Shown piece after piece: positions 1 to 11,548 of a DNA stretch of 64,000 bases; position 1 is the first letter of the stretch; the number at the start of each line of letters is the position of its first letter. The notes under the pieces are model-generated. The model made no database searches. It worked only from the letters and a program-made list of their open reading frames with translations, and was not told where the DNA came from. Source of the stretch: Lophium mytilinum (Eukaryota); assembly GCA_010093605.1 (NCBI GenBank), contig MU004188.1:747673-811672 (forward strand), read 5' to 3'. The position numbers and the translations under genes are program-made.

Positions 1-2725
1 GAAGGAAAAGTCAGAGACTGGGCGGGAGCAGCAGCGCACGCCTCACGACGGCCAGCGGACTCTGTTTGTGTACCTAATGCGGAACAAGCAGGATGAATTG
101 GCTGCTAACTTCAACGACGGCCTCCCATTCGCCTAATCTCAGCGGGTAGAGGTCAATTGGCCAATGACAGCCTCTACAGACGAGGGCGCGGCGATTCTGG
201 CACGTGGAGGCTAGCAGACGTCACTCATGAGGCGGCGATCGCGAGGAGGCTGGACAGTGACTTGGAGCTGGACCAGACAACGCATTGCGACGTGCGGGCT
301 CTGGAGGGTGGTGACGAGGGCAACGGCGGATATAAAAAGGCGCGACGTTGGCAGGGCGGTGAGGGCGCGGTCAATGCTCCGTCGTCCTCCACGGCAGGCA
401 GTGTCTCGGCGATGGGAGCCCAGCAGCAGAGCACAGGACGAGGTGCGGCCGTGTTGTGGTGAGGCCCGTGGTGGTGCCCGTGGTGGCCGAGGTCGCCTCG
501 TTCTCGCGAACTTTTTTGGCGTGGTGGAGAGAAGCGAGCGACAGTCGGTCCGCGCGAAGAACAAGCACCCAGCACAACTGCGCACAATGGAATTGGGAGA
601 GGAAGAGAGGGAGGTTGGGAGAGAGAGGGCGACACGACTATGGCACTGCTGCAGCAGACGGGGGCTGTCCGGAGGTGCAGCGGGTCCTGCGTCAATATGC
701 AGCTGCGAGCTACGTGTTCGTCGCGCTATGCCCGAACAGCGCACACGACTCTGACCAGCGCCACGAGAGCGCGACGGGCCCGGCCCTGGAGGGGTTCTAG
801 AGGGGCGCAGGGCGTCATATCTGCCAGCTGGCACTGGGGCTGGGTGGGATCGCAGAGCGCGATGGCCGTGGTGGAGGCATGGCTGGGAGCCGTGGGAGTC
901 GACGTGGGACAGACAACACCACGACCACAATGCTCCAGTGTGGGAGGCGTTCGCGTAGCTGCAGCACCTGGGCCAGCCCTGCTCGATTCCAGGGCGCGAA
1001 CTGCTCGAGCTGGGCGCCGGAGATATGCAGGGCTGCTTGCCACGACACCCCTCGGTGGGGTCGAATACCTGAGGGCCTTTGCTCTCACGAACCGTGGACC
1101 ATTGCACCCTCCTCCTTCTCTCCCGACTCCAGCTTCAACACCTCGCCGGACCACACGATGCTCCCGACGACAGGGACATGCCCGGCAGTCTGCTCGGGCG
1201 CTGTCGATATGCGGGCAAAGTATCACCAGCAACAGCCCGCAGCGGTTCGCATCGCTCTACTTTTTCAATTGGCGGTGTAGCTCTCCTCCCATTGGCCGTC
1301 TCGTGCGTCTGCAGTTGGCCGCCAGTGTGCCAGCCTTGTGACTTTTCTCTTTCAACGTCCCTATCTCTCTCTATTTATGCCCACATTTAGACCAGTCTAG
1401 CCAGCGCGCCGCAGACCCCTCTACTGTCGTCATTCCGCATCTCAAACATTTTCCAAAATCCCCACCATCCTCAACCCCACCATTGTCAAAATTATCCCTA
1501 GTACACGGCTACCTACTCACCATCTGCGCAACGGGCCAACTCAAACTCCTCAAACTCACCGCCGCCTGATATTTCCCCCGCGAGAAGTTTGATGCGCCCC
1601 GTATCATGAGATCTGCCCATGATTATCACGCCAAGACGCAAACAACTTTACCCTCGAACCCTCATAGGTTCGCCGTCACCGACTTCCTCACCTCATCTGC
1701 AGCCCGTGAATAGTGCAGAACGCGAAACGAATACCACAGCAGAGGAGATAAATCGTTGCTGGAGCCCCGGAGGTAATGCCGGGAGGAATGGGTTTCACAT
1801 CTCAACCCTCAAGCTTCAAGATCGAACTCTTGCTCAATTTCCCTTATCACTAACACCCAAACTAACCACCGAACTCCGCCAAAGGCTGCACATTCCTCCG
1901 CCCCTCCACCACCGTGTCTCATCTCCGAAACACCCGCACCCACCCGCGCGCCGTCCTACGCAAGCCACGCCCACCACGCGCTTGCAGTGCTGCACGTACG
2001 TCCAACCAACGTGGCTATCCAATACACCCGCTTACCCGCAGTGTTTGCAACCGCCATCGTAAGGCTGATGCAGCTCCAACACCCAGCTTGCTACTAAATC
2101 GGGACACTCGTGCACGCTCTCCATCCTGGATCCCTAAACGAGGCAGCGCTGGGCAGGGCGTTGGACGAATAGGTAGGCGTGGGAGGAGGGCACGACAGGA
2201 ATGGGTCTGCAAGGAGGGTAGGGAAGGGTAATTGCTATGGCCGATGGGCGGCGAGTCGGCCAGTCGAGACGGAGAAATGGCAGGGTGGGATGCTTTGGAC
2301 GGTGAGTGATGAGTCGGAGGGAATATATAAATGGGATGGAGAGGGTGGAATGAGGTTATCAGAAGATCGTTTGTGGAATCAAGCTTCCAGCAATCTTCGA
2401 GCTTTCAAGTCATTTTTCTGGTCTTTTCAAAGTCATCTGTCTCCATCATCTGCTCTTCATACCTTGCCAGGATCGCTTTCGAGCATTAGTCTTAAAGAAG
2501 GACGTACAGCGTTGAAGTCGAGTAAGCTTACGCTAGTCTAGTAAGCCTTGCACTCTCTGGCCTATACCACTCACCTACTAATATCTCACAGCTCTCGACG
2601 ACCTTGGTCATCTGAACTTGTCAAACATCCTCGAACGCGACCGCGTGCCACAGTAGTCTCTACTCTCGTCCTCGTCCAGACACCATCCAGCTTCGGTTAC
2701 TTACCCAAAGTACAACTCAATTACA

Positions 2726-2941
2726 ATGTGTCTCTACTACGCCCACACCCACCCTTGCGGTCACACAACCACCGTCTTCGCCGCCTTCTGTGCCCCGGCC
2801 CAACTGATCCAGACGGCGTGTCCTGGGGGCCAAGGGGGTGAGATCTGGCAAAGCTTACGTATGGAGAACCCTTGCGCCTCCTGCAAGCCCGACGGAGTGG
2901 ATGTGAAGAAAGGAAAGAAAAAGATTGTAGCGAGGCGGTGA
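2726..2941 (+). CDS. Small Cys-rich hypothetical protein (71 aa; MC...CGH...C...C...CxxC, basic tail)
   Basis: ATG in good context (ACAATG). TATA-like ATATATAAAT near 2323. The MCxYxxxxxxCGH...CxxC pattern is typical of small ascomycete Cys-rich proteins. Confidence 0.6.
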   Translation: MCLYYAHTHPCGHTTTVFAAFCAPAQLIQTACPGGQGGEIWQSLRMENPCASCKPDGVDVKKGKKKIVARR

Positions 2942-4382
2942 TGTGGACGAAGGGTTTCGAGCTTGGGAAAGTGGAGCTTTTTACTAGAGGTTTTGGGGCC
3001 TGTAGGGAGTCTGGGTATTTAAAGATGTTGAGATGGGTTGGTATGGGAGAACTGGAGGCTCGCCGAATGGAGTTTTTTGGGTTTTAGACGGATCGGGTGA
3101 TAGAAGATCGGTAGGTTGGTAGGGTGTTTTGGGTTTCGATATCTTGGGCTTTTAGTGTTTCTTGAGACCGAGACTGGCCAGAACTAATGGGTGAGCTCTT
3201 GAGCTCCTCTCCTGTATTGATGTGGTTGGCGAGGTTTTGGCGACGAAGTCTGAATATTTCGGTTTGGTGGTGCTGAGGTTAAAGAAAACAGAATTAACAT
3301 TTGATGCGGTTTTCATCTTGCAATACTCTCAGTGTCGCACAACTCAATGATCATGGACTGAAGAAGTGCGAAAGAGACGAGAAGCCAGGTATCGCTCGTT
3401 TCAAGACCTGAATTAGTAAGACTTTGGAGAGCACCTGTACCATACACCTGTCTACCGGTATTTGGAGTGCTACAACAACTTTTCGAACACCCCAAAGTTA
3501 ATAGCTTTCCTCGCGCTAAAACCTTCAAACCCGTATTGAAGCACCCGAAGCAAAGGCATATGCATACACACCTTCCGCGTTTACCCACCTCTTTTATATC
3601 CCGCGTGCTTGCTACCCTCACATAGGCGCATAACCCCTCAAATGGCACCCTGATGGCACATATTACCTCATGTATACCCCGCCATCAAATCCCAATGTTG
3701 TACCAATCACAGAAATGCAGATTGGGTTACATTTCGCTTTCGGATTCGTCTAATGGAGCCTAGATCCGGGGTCGCGTGAGGCGCCTGTCATTTCTGATCC
3801 TGGCGACCAGGGAAGGTCAAGGCGGGTGCTATGCTTAATTGGGCTTTGCTATCGACCTCCGTCTTCGGTTGCGTGTAGACTATAGCTGTTCTTCTGCCGT
3901 ACAGTTGATTAATGGTGGGCTGGGAGGTTGACAAAAGCTGGCTGCCAAAGAGTTTAACGATAGAGAGCACACAGCCGCACCCTGGAGACGGGGTTGACGC
4001 TTTTAAAGATGGAGGTTGAATGACGGAACGCCTCACGAGGAGCGAGAAAGCCGAGACTCTGTGGAAGCGACGCACTCCCAGGCCGCTGATTGGCGCGACC
4101 GTCGCTCAGATCTCGGATGGGTTGACCTCCGGGGTGGGCTCGGTAAGGCAGATTGAACAAGAGACGGGCACCGCGTGCGTGTAATGTAGAAAGCGCGCAG
4201 ACATCGTACTTCTTCATCGCCATCACCTCCAATTCATCTTCTCCACCCTCTTCGAGACCTGCACCATATTTGGCGATCCGGGGCAGTGTCAGCGGCCAGT
4301 CGGATTCACTTGTGGAGCGCCCGACGGCATCTCCCGCTCCGCCCGGCAAGTTCCCTGAACCAGGCCCGAAAGCAGCGACAGC

Positions 4383-6323
4383 ATGCAGTATCACGCAGCC
4401 TCGGCCGACTCGAGGCCTGTCACCGGAGATGCCTCGTCGACTACGTCTAAATCGCCATGTGGACACCACGCATTGAAGGACGAGAAGATTGAGCTTGGAG
4501 ACTTCAAGGGCGACGCGAAGGAGCACGACACGCCCCCTTCGACCGGGACCCGGGACAAAACACCCACCGCGGCGCTCGATAATGAGAAGCCCAAAAAGGA
4601 TGATGCCGTAGATACCACCACACGCACTCATTCTACCGACGAGACTGGCGCGGTCACCTCCGATGGTACCAACAAAGCAACAGTAGAAAAGGGCGAGACT
4701 TTACCTGGAGACGAAGCGGTCGACGAGAGCCAATATCTGAAAGGGCTCCCTCTCGTTGTGCTAACCATCGGTCTTTGCCTTTGCACCTTCGTAATCGCCC
4801 TCGACAACACCATTATCGCGACTGCTATACCGAGGATTACCACCGTCTTCAACTCCCTCGGCGATGTTGGCTGGTATGGCTCCTCCTACCTACTCACCAC
4901 CTGCTCCCTGATGCCCTCCTTTGGTCGCGTATATACCTACTTCGACGTGAAATGGACATACCTCAGCGCTCTCCTCCTCTTCGAGATCGGCTCCATCATC
5001 TGCGCTGCGGCGACCTCTAGTGCCATGTTCATCGTGGGCCGCGCAATAGCAGGAGCAGGCGCCGCAGCTCTCTTCTCCGGTGGTATTACAATTGTAGGGT
5101 ATTCCGTCGCCTTACGAAAGCGACCCATATATATCGCCGCACTGAGCAGCATGTTTGGGATTGCGTCGGTAGTGGGACCTTTACTCGGAGGTGCACTCAC
5201 GGACAAGGCGTCATGGCGATGGTGCTTCTGGATAAATCTGCCTTTTGGCGCCGTCACCATAGTCGTGGTTGCTTTCTTCTTCAAGAGCCCGGAACGTCGT
5301 TTTGCAGATATGTCTCTCAAGCAGCGTATCCTCGAAATCGACCTGCTGGGCGCCGGATTCCTCATCTCAGCCGTCGTATGTCTGCTTTTAGCGCTACAAT
5401 GGGGTGGGCAAAAGTATCCGTGGAGTGATAGCAAGATCTGGGGTTGCTTGTTAGGCTTCGGACTCCTTACGATGGTGTTTATTGGCATCCAAGTCTACAG
5501 AGGCGAACGAGGTACGCTTCCACCTAGGATTCTGTTGCAGCGGACCGTTGGTATTGGAAGTCTGTTCTCAGCTTTGTTCAGCATGGGTCTCTACACGTAA
5601 GTGGCCTGACCCCTTCACTGGCAGAGAAGCCGTGGCTAATATCAATACAGTCATATCTTCTACCTCCCCTTCTACTTCCAAGCCTGCAAAGGTACTACCG
5701 CCGAAGGCTCCGGCATCCGTACAATCGCATACCTCGTCTCCAACACCCTTGCCGCCATCGTCGTTGGCGGCACTGTCACGAAGATCGGCTACTACACCCC
5801 ATTCATGTGGATCGGCAGCGCTATCTTTTGCATCGGCGCTGGCCTGCTCTACACCCTCAAAGTCAACTCCCCGGCCGGCGTTTGGATCGGCTACCAAATC
5901 CTCGCGGGTGCGGGCTCGGGCATGGCTGTGCAGATCCCCTTCGTCGCCGTCCAGGTCGTAACGAGCGAGAAAGACATGCCCACAGGCAACGCTTGCGTCT
6001 TTTTCTTCAACAGTCTAGGCGGTGCCCTAGCGATCTCAATTGCTCAAAACATCTTCGTGAACACTTTAGCAGAGGACATCCCGGTGTACGCACCCGGCGT
6101 AGACCCAAAGATCGTGATTGGAGCCGGCGCAACCCATGTACGGGAGGTGATGGCGAAGTACGGCTGGAACAATATGTTGGACGGGGTGCTGGAAGCCTAC
6201 ACCAAGGGCATCACGCGGGCCTTCCTGGTCGCCGTCGCAGCTGCTGTGATATCTTTCATCGTCAGTTTCGGCATGGAGTGGAAGAGTGTCAAGGGGAGAA
6301 AGATTGCGCCGGCGGCTGCATGA
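4383..6323 (+). CDS. MFS drug:H+ antiporter (DHA2/14-TMS family, AflT/Mfs1-like toxin efflux pump); exons 4383-5596 and 5651-6323
   Basis: Motifs LDNTIIATAIPRIT, WYGSSYLLT, GRAIAGAG, GPLLGGALTD and WRWCFWINLPFG. Intron 5597-5650 (GTAAGT..GCTAAT..ACAG) restores HIFYLPFYFQA. C-terminus EWKSVKG. Confidence 0.95.
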
Positions 6324-6811
6324 GCGGCTCTGCCTGTCATGCGTGAGGCGTTGTGCGGTTGAGAGATCCTGCCTTCACGGTATGAGCGATGCAAGCGGTG
6401 CTACGATTTTTCTTTTGCTGTTTCAATATCACCGGGAAAGGGTCCCACGGAACAGGGTTCCGAATATTGCATGGGTGGCGCTAGCATAATACTTTAATAG
6501 ACTACACGGTCAGACAGATGGAGCAAATAAACGTTCAATCACTACCCAACCGATGCATACATATATCATTCCGTAATCTACGACCCTAGAATACTCGACT
6601 TCGTAAGTAGCTTTACAGCAGCAAGCGAACCCCTATTACCCCGCAAGGAGTGAATTACGTTATTTCCAGCAGCAGGCAAAACATTCCCTAACTAGCCGAG
6701 CTTCAGCCGAGCTTCCTCAGAAAGTTGAACAAGCAACGCACGGATCAAGAGCGAGAACTCGCTTAACAATAAGAGCCCCACTTATTAATCTGGTGAATTT
6801 ACTGCTCTGCC

Positions 6812-7230
6812 TTCCACGCTTTTCGAACGCGCCAAGACCTGCTCCCTTGATGGACTGCACGTAAGCGGCTTTGCCCGCAACTTTCAATCTGTGTCAGCCA
6901 GTCGCAGTCAGTTGTGCATCTGCGTCCCGCTCTGCGGATGGCAGATGCGGCGCTCCACACTTTTACGGCGGCCAAGACGTGCCGGTTCTGGAAGAGAACG
7001 GGTGGCAGATACAGTCTTCAACACTTCTGCGTTGGCCAAGACTTGCCGCTTCTGGGGGAGAGAGGGGGTAAAGGGGAGTCTTGTGAATGTGTATCCCGCT
7101 CTACGGATGGCAGATACGGCGCTCCACGCTTTTGCGAAGGCCAAGACTTGCCCCTTCTGGAAGACAGGGGGAAGCCAATCATGGATCTGTATCCCGCTCT
7201 ACGGATGGTAGATTCGGTCTTCATCACAGG
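6812..7230. repeat. Degenerate tandem array of ~65-105-bp units (two near-full, three partial)
   Basis: Core GCCAAGACnTG recurs at ~6831, 6970, 7035 and 7140. TCCCGCTCTRCGGATGGYAGAT recurs at ~6924, 7093 and 7192. Confidence 0.8.
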
Positions 7231-7847
7231 CCTAGACTGGCCGTTCCAAGATAAGGTGATGCTGCGAGAATCTACCATCACTTCAATCGCTGCATGAATC
7301 TGTGGCTCCTATACCGAGGCATAGATGTTTCTCTTATACATCTCGTTCGTTTACGACAGTCTCGACAAGTTCTTGGTTGTCTACGATTGTTGGAAATGTG
7401 CATGTGCCGTATCTGTGACTTGGACCACGGGCCAAATGTTCTTCTACCTTTGGCCTTCCCACTCTCCAGGTTGCTTGAACATAATGTAGAACATAATGTA
7501 GAATTACTTGAATCCGTGGTTGCTGATTTCGGACTTCCTTTTCTCGAGGATTCGCATACTCTTGCTATGGTGGTGTACTCTTGTCTTGCAACGCTTAGGG
7601 TTCTACAAAGGTATAAAAACGCGCTAAACGCCCAGTTTGGCAAGAGTTCAACAGCTCTCCGTGCCACCCACTTTTGACCGCTCTGGAAGACAGCCTCATG
7701 CTCAGCGAATGCTAGGGATGTTCAAATTTGTTCTGATTCGAGCTCACTGGGATCTGACGTCTTCTCGGTTTCTTTGGTATGCTATCAAGAATCCCTTCTC
7801 ACTCACATCGCCCCCACAATCTCCATCACCCTCACATGCCCCCTCCA

Positions 7848-8087
7848 TCACCCAGCCGGCTTCGGCCGATGCGCCAGCGTGAACATCGGGCCTTGCGCCT
7901 CTTTCTCCTTGCCTTTGCCCATCGCAGTAGAAGGTTGGGATACGGTTTTCTGAGCAATATAGTCGGTGACGACTTTTGCCGTGCTCTGGTACTGCGCGCT
8001 CTCCGGCCCGAAAGTCGCGAGAGTGTTGCGGAGAGAGGATTGGAGCTGTGGGGAGTTTTGAGTCGGGGTTGAGGGGGGGAGGCGCGT
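7848..8087 (-). pseudogene. Protein-like 79-codon frame with no in-frame upstream ATG (begins ACG); possible non-AUG small gene or start-codon-lost pseudogene
   Basis: Frame reads (T/M)RLPPSTPTQNSPQLQSSLRNTLATFGPESAQYQSTAKVVTDYIAQK...MFTLAHRPKPAG*. It has a pyrimidine-rich leader upstream and no in-frame ATG back to the stop at ~8222. Confidence 0.3.
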
Positions 8088-8245
8088 AGAGAGTTTGAGA
8101 GACGGGGGAAGGATGAAATTGAGTGAATCGATATGAATGAAAGATAGTAATTGGAGGCAAGGGGGGAAAAGATTGGGAGAATGAGATGTGGATGATGCTG
8201 AAAGTGGGACATGAGTAGGTCAGGATACGTACGGAGGCGAGGATG

Positions 8246-8864
8246 CGGGCGGTCTCCGGGCAGGCCCCTCAAAAAGGCCCCTTCGTCACGTGCCCATATA
8301 AGCGAATTTTGTGAACATCATAAAACTCACAGGCCTACACTTAGTACTAAAGAATCAATAAATCTATCTATCGCGTTGCAGCCTTATTAAATACCATCGG
8401 ATTATTACTTTTGCGAGCGCGCTTTTGTGCCTAGGGCTAGGCCTAGTAGGACCCTCACCAAATTCGACGCTAATATTAATTATATCACATTCCTTGGTAA
8501 TAGAGATGACGGGGCCATCACGCACAGCACGCTGGAAGGGGATCCGCACCATATTTTGCAGCAGATCCCGCCTGTTCTAGCTGCTCCGCGTGTAAAAGAT
8601 ATAGGGAAACCACCTGTAGTGCAGATTCGAAGCGCCCGGCATTATCCTAGGTTATATATCGGCTTGGTGTGGATCTGTAGAATAGAGTCCTTCTCCTCTT
8701 ATCCTGCGCCTTTTTCTGTACACGAGCGTTGGGAGATTACTTGGCAGAGATGGAAGATGAAGATAGGAGAGAGAGGGCCGTGTTAATTTTGTGAAGTTCA
8801 TAAAATAAGTTAACGAGCACGTGATGAAGGGGCCTTTTTGAGGGGCCTGCCCGGAGACCGCCCG
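8246..8864. mobile_element. Non-autonomous Mutator-like (MULE) DNA transposon / MITE, 619 bp
   Basis: The first 39 bp of the TIRs are perfectly inverted (CGGGCGGTCTCCGGGCAGGCCCCTCAAAAAGGCCCCTTC) and similarity decays out to ~90 bp. Perfect 9-bp direct repeat GCGAGGATG at 8237-8245 and 8865-8873. No transposase ORF inside. Confidence 0.9.
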
Positions 8865-9077
8865 GCGAGGATGTCATCGATTTCTGCCATGGTTGGAACG
8901 CTTCCACCGTGTTACTTCAGTGTGCTGTCATCACCTTCCACTGCGAGCTCGATAAGGGCTTAAGTGAAGTTTAGGTACGTGAAGGTGGTGTTGAGAGTTT
9001 CTTTTGGGGGTGAATTTTCGCGGAGATGTCGTTTTAGCGTGGGGTTAGCTGATTGGCCGAGTCCTGTGCTAGAACTA

Positions 9078-9613
9078 CAGTGACAGGCCACAAGTCTAAG
9101 CACACTGGTTCACCACTGCTTAGGGCACCCCCACAGGATCTCGAAGACTGAAAGCCGATATCAAGCGTCAAGCAGTGCAAATTAGACTGCCTTTTGACTA
9201 ACTAGCTGCCCAGCAGCCAGGCTACCCCCAACAGTGGTGTTGGGCGGGCAGAGTTCAGCGAGTCTATGTCCAGATTTGTGACCTAGGACTGTAAATATGC
9301 AGTCGAGGATCCTAAAACCACATACAGTAGAAATCAGGCTACTGTGTGACTGATTAAAAACGCGTTGGCTGGGGTCTTCCTTACACTGCTATTTTGACTG
9401 CAAAAGAGAGACCTAAGAATATCAATCTAGCGCTGGTAGGATTTATAACCTCTAAGTAGGATGTTGAGTTTAGTGCATTAGAAATTAGACTACACTTTGA
9501 CCACTCGGACATGTGCTAGCTGAAGTCCTCCTGCCCCGAACGGTGGTGTCGAGTGAGCATGTTGGAGCCGAGCTGTAATGAGTCTGTGTGCCCAGACTTA
9601 TGGCCTAATACTG
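9078..9613. mobile_element. Possible degenerate Tc1/mariner-type MITE relic with an internally duplicated right half
   Basis: TA|CAGTGACAGGCCACAAGTCTAAGCACAC at 9076 is an imperfect inverted match to GTGTGCCCAGACTTATGGCCTAATACTG|TA ending 9615. Diverged direct repeat at ~9179-9302 versus ~9482-9622. Confidence 0.35.
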
Positions 9614-10015
9614 TAGATGCAGCTTAGCTACCCATTATACTACGAAAGCGGCTTCACCAAGACAAGAACATTGCAAATGGATCAGATTTGTATAATAGAA
9701 TTGGCTGCATTTATGGTATGTAGCCTACCGCCATGTTTGATTCGAACATGGTCAATAAAACGAATGTAAGTCCATAAAAGGAATGATAACTACTGCGGAA
9801 GCCCTGGGGCTCTGCTTGAGATGGATGAAAAGCAGAACCACATTTTCCAAGCCCAGATTCAAGACGCTTCCATTTTGACATACCAACCCATGGTATCATA
9901 TACCCAAGAAGCTCAAAAATCAACCGAAAACCTTATATCTGCTCATCGTCCGTTGCGTCGTGACAGCGTGTTGAGGGAGCGGGAATACTCCAACAGCTGC
10001 AGTTGCTCGTCCGGC

Positions 10016-11548
10016 CTAAAGCATAAGACGCCAAGGATTGTATTCGAAGGCACTCATGCTGCTGAGGCTGCTCGCACGTTGGCGATTTGGGCAGAAGGAC
10101 GGCGCTTCAGGATTCAGGTCATGGCGCGGAGTCAGGCGCTGGAGTGCGATGTCGCCTCCGCTTGACATATCTCTACGAGGGTAGGTATCCCTTCGTGGTG
10201 GTAGAGCCTGGTCCCTCCAATTGTATTTGTGAGGTCCTGAGAAGGTGGTATCGTCTTCGGCATCAACAAGAGGGTCGTCGTCGCTTCGTCGTCGCAGGCG
10301 TGAGGCGATGTCGCCGTAGATCTCCGGGTCCGACTCGTCCTGAGGATATTCGATCGGGTCTGATATATCAATCAAGGTTCGGTCTAAGTCCTCGTCCGAG
10401 TCGCTGGAGCTGTCTGAGTCCTGGGAGCTATCCGAGCCGCACTGAGGATTAACGTCGGTGTCCCTGTATCGGATGACTTGTACATTATCGTCCCCGTTGA
10501 ACTCAGCCAATGCTTCCTTAGTCAAAGGAGTCGAGGTAAGCTTTGGGACTTCTGGGATATCTCCTTGGCCTTCTTCTTGGATTTTCGCCACCGAACTCTC
10601 TGGTCTGGGCCCGAACTTTTCTTCCAGCCGCTTCAAGTCGGATTTCAGCTGCTCCAGCGTCATGTTGGCCTCTTTAACTTCGGGATCTTCAAGAGTGACA
10701 CTTTCCATCTGAGCCGTAGCCGCTTCCAATTTGCAGTCATCATTTTGTTGGGAGAGGAGGTTATCGATTGGCGTCGCGGGATCTGTAGCTGTGAAAGTTG
10801 AAAGCTTCTCCGCTTCTAATCGAGCGTGTAACTCTTCACGGCTGAAGTAGGAGGAGTCCTTCATAAAGCTAGTGTTGTGGTATCCCTCCTCACTCTGAGT
10901 GGCATGAGAACCCGGGTTGTACCAGCTAGATTTCCGGTGGTAGAAAGCAGTTCTACGGTAGTTGTCCTCCGGGCGATGGTTTTGCTCGGGATCCCAAGAC
11001 ACCCTGCGCTTTGGCTTCTCGTTCTGCTCGGTGACCTTCGTGATCTTGCCAGTGGGTTTCCTGGTAGGGTTTACCACCATTGCCTTCTTCTTGGATTTCC
11101 AAGGTTTGGTCGTGGTCATTTTGGGCTTGACCGGATTGAATTCAGCGCCCGGCGGCCAGGTAACGAAGTAGCCTTCGGATTCAGCGTAGTTCAGAGCATG
11201 CTGGGCCGACTGAACACCAGAAATCCACTTCAGCGGGTTGGTGTCGGGGGTACGGTTCTCCCACTCCATTTCTAGCGCTACCTGTTCTTCGAGCTTGCCG
11301 ATCTCTTTGACGACAGCAAGCTTAGCAGCTCGCGTGCCTCGGCGATATCCAGAGTACTTGACAGAGCCTCTAGTCAAACCGTTAAGCTCAGCTTCGCGGC
11401 GGGTGTAGTGTCGCATTTTCGATTGGAGGTCGCAGACTGGACAGAGTTCGGTGATCTTAGAAGCGCTGGGGTGCAGCAGATGGTTGCATGATGTCGCGCG
11501 TCTCGGTTCGTCGACTGCTTCGGCAGCTCTTTTCACCTTCTTCGCCAT
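10016..11548 (-). CDS. Hypothetical protein (~510 aa), N-terminal CxH..HP..CPVC motif, acidic disordered C-terminus
   Basis: Long intronless ORF. Likely start MAKKVKR at 11548 (GACATGG). Motifs CNHLLHP..CPVC, KRRVSW and FYHRKSSWYNPGSHA. Confidence 0.75.
   Translation of the reverse strand: MAKKVKRAAEAVDEPRRATSCNHLLHPSASKITELCPVCDLQSKMRHYTRREAELNGLTRGSVKYSGYRRGTRAAKLAVVKEIGKLEEQVALEMEWENRTPDTNPLKWISGVQSAQHALNYAESEGYFVTWPPGAEFNPVKPKMTTTKPWKSKKKAMVVNPTRKPTGKITKVTEQNEKPKRRVSWDPEQNHRPEDNYRRTAFYHRKSSWYNPGSHATQSEEGYHNTSFMKDSSYFSREELHARLEAEKLSTFTATDPATPIDNLLSQQNDDCKLEAATAQMESVTLEDPEVKEANMTLEQLKSDLKRLEEKFGPRPESSVAKIQEEGQGDIPEVPKLTSTPLTKEALAEFNGDDNVQVIRYRDTDVNPQCGSDSSQDSDSSSDSDEDLDRTLIDISDPIEYPQDESDPEIYGDIASRLRRRSDDDPLVDAEDDTTFSGPHKYNWRDQALPPRRDTYPRRDMSSGGDIALQRLTPRHDLNPEAPSFCPNRQRASSLSSMSAFEYNPWRLML

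Noticed and set aside
157..1390. Many overlapping ORFs up to 298 aa in the GC-rich first 1.4 kb
   Set aside because: Arg/Ser/Pro-rich translations with no domain or codon bias. The region looks regulatory (TATA-, CCAAT- and CRE-like words, purine tract).
4383..6323. Secondary-metabolite cluster around the MFS pump (or the AflJ-like hydrolase at 55 kb)
   Set aside because: No PKS, NRPS, terpene cyclase, tailoring enzymes or Zn2Cys6 regulator in the window. A cluster to the left of the window cannot be excluded.
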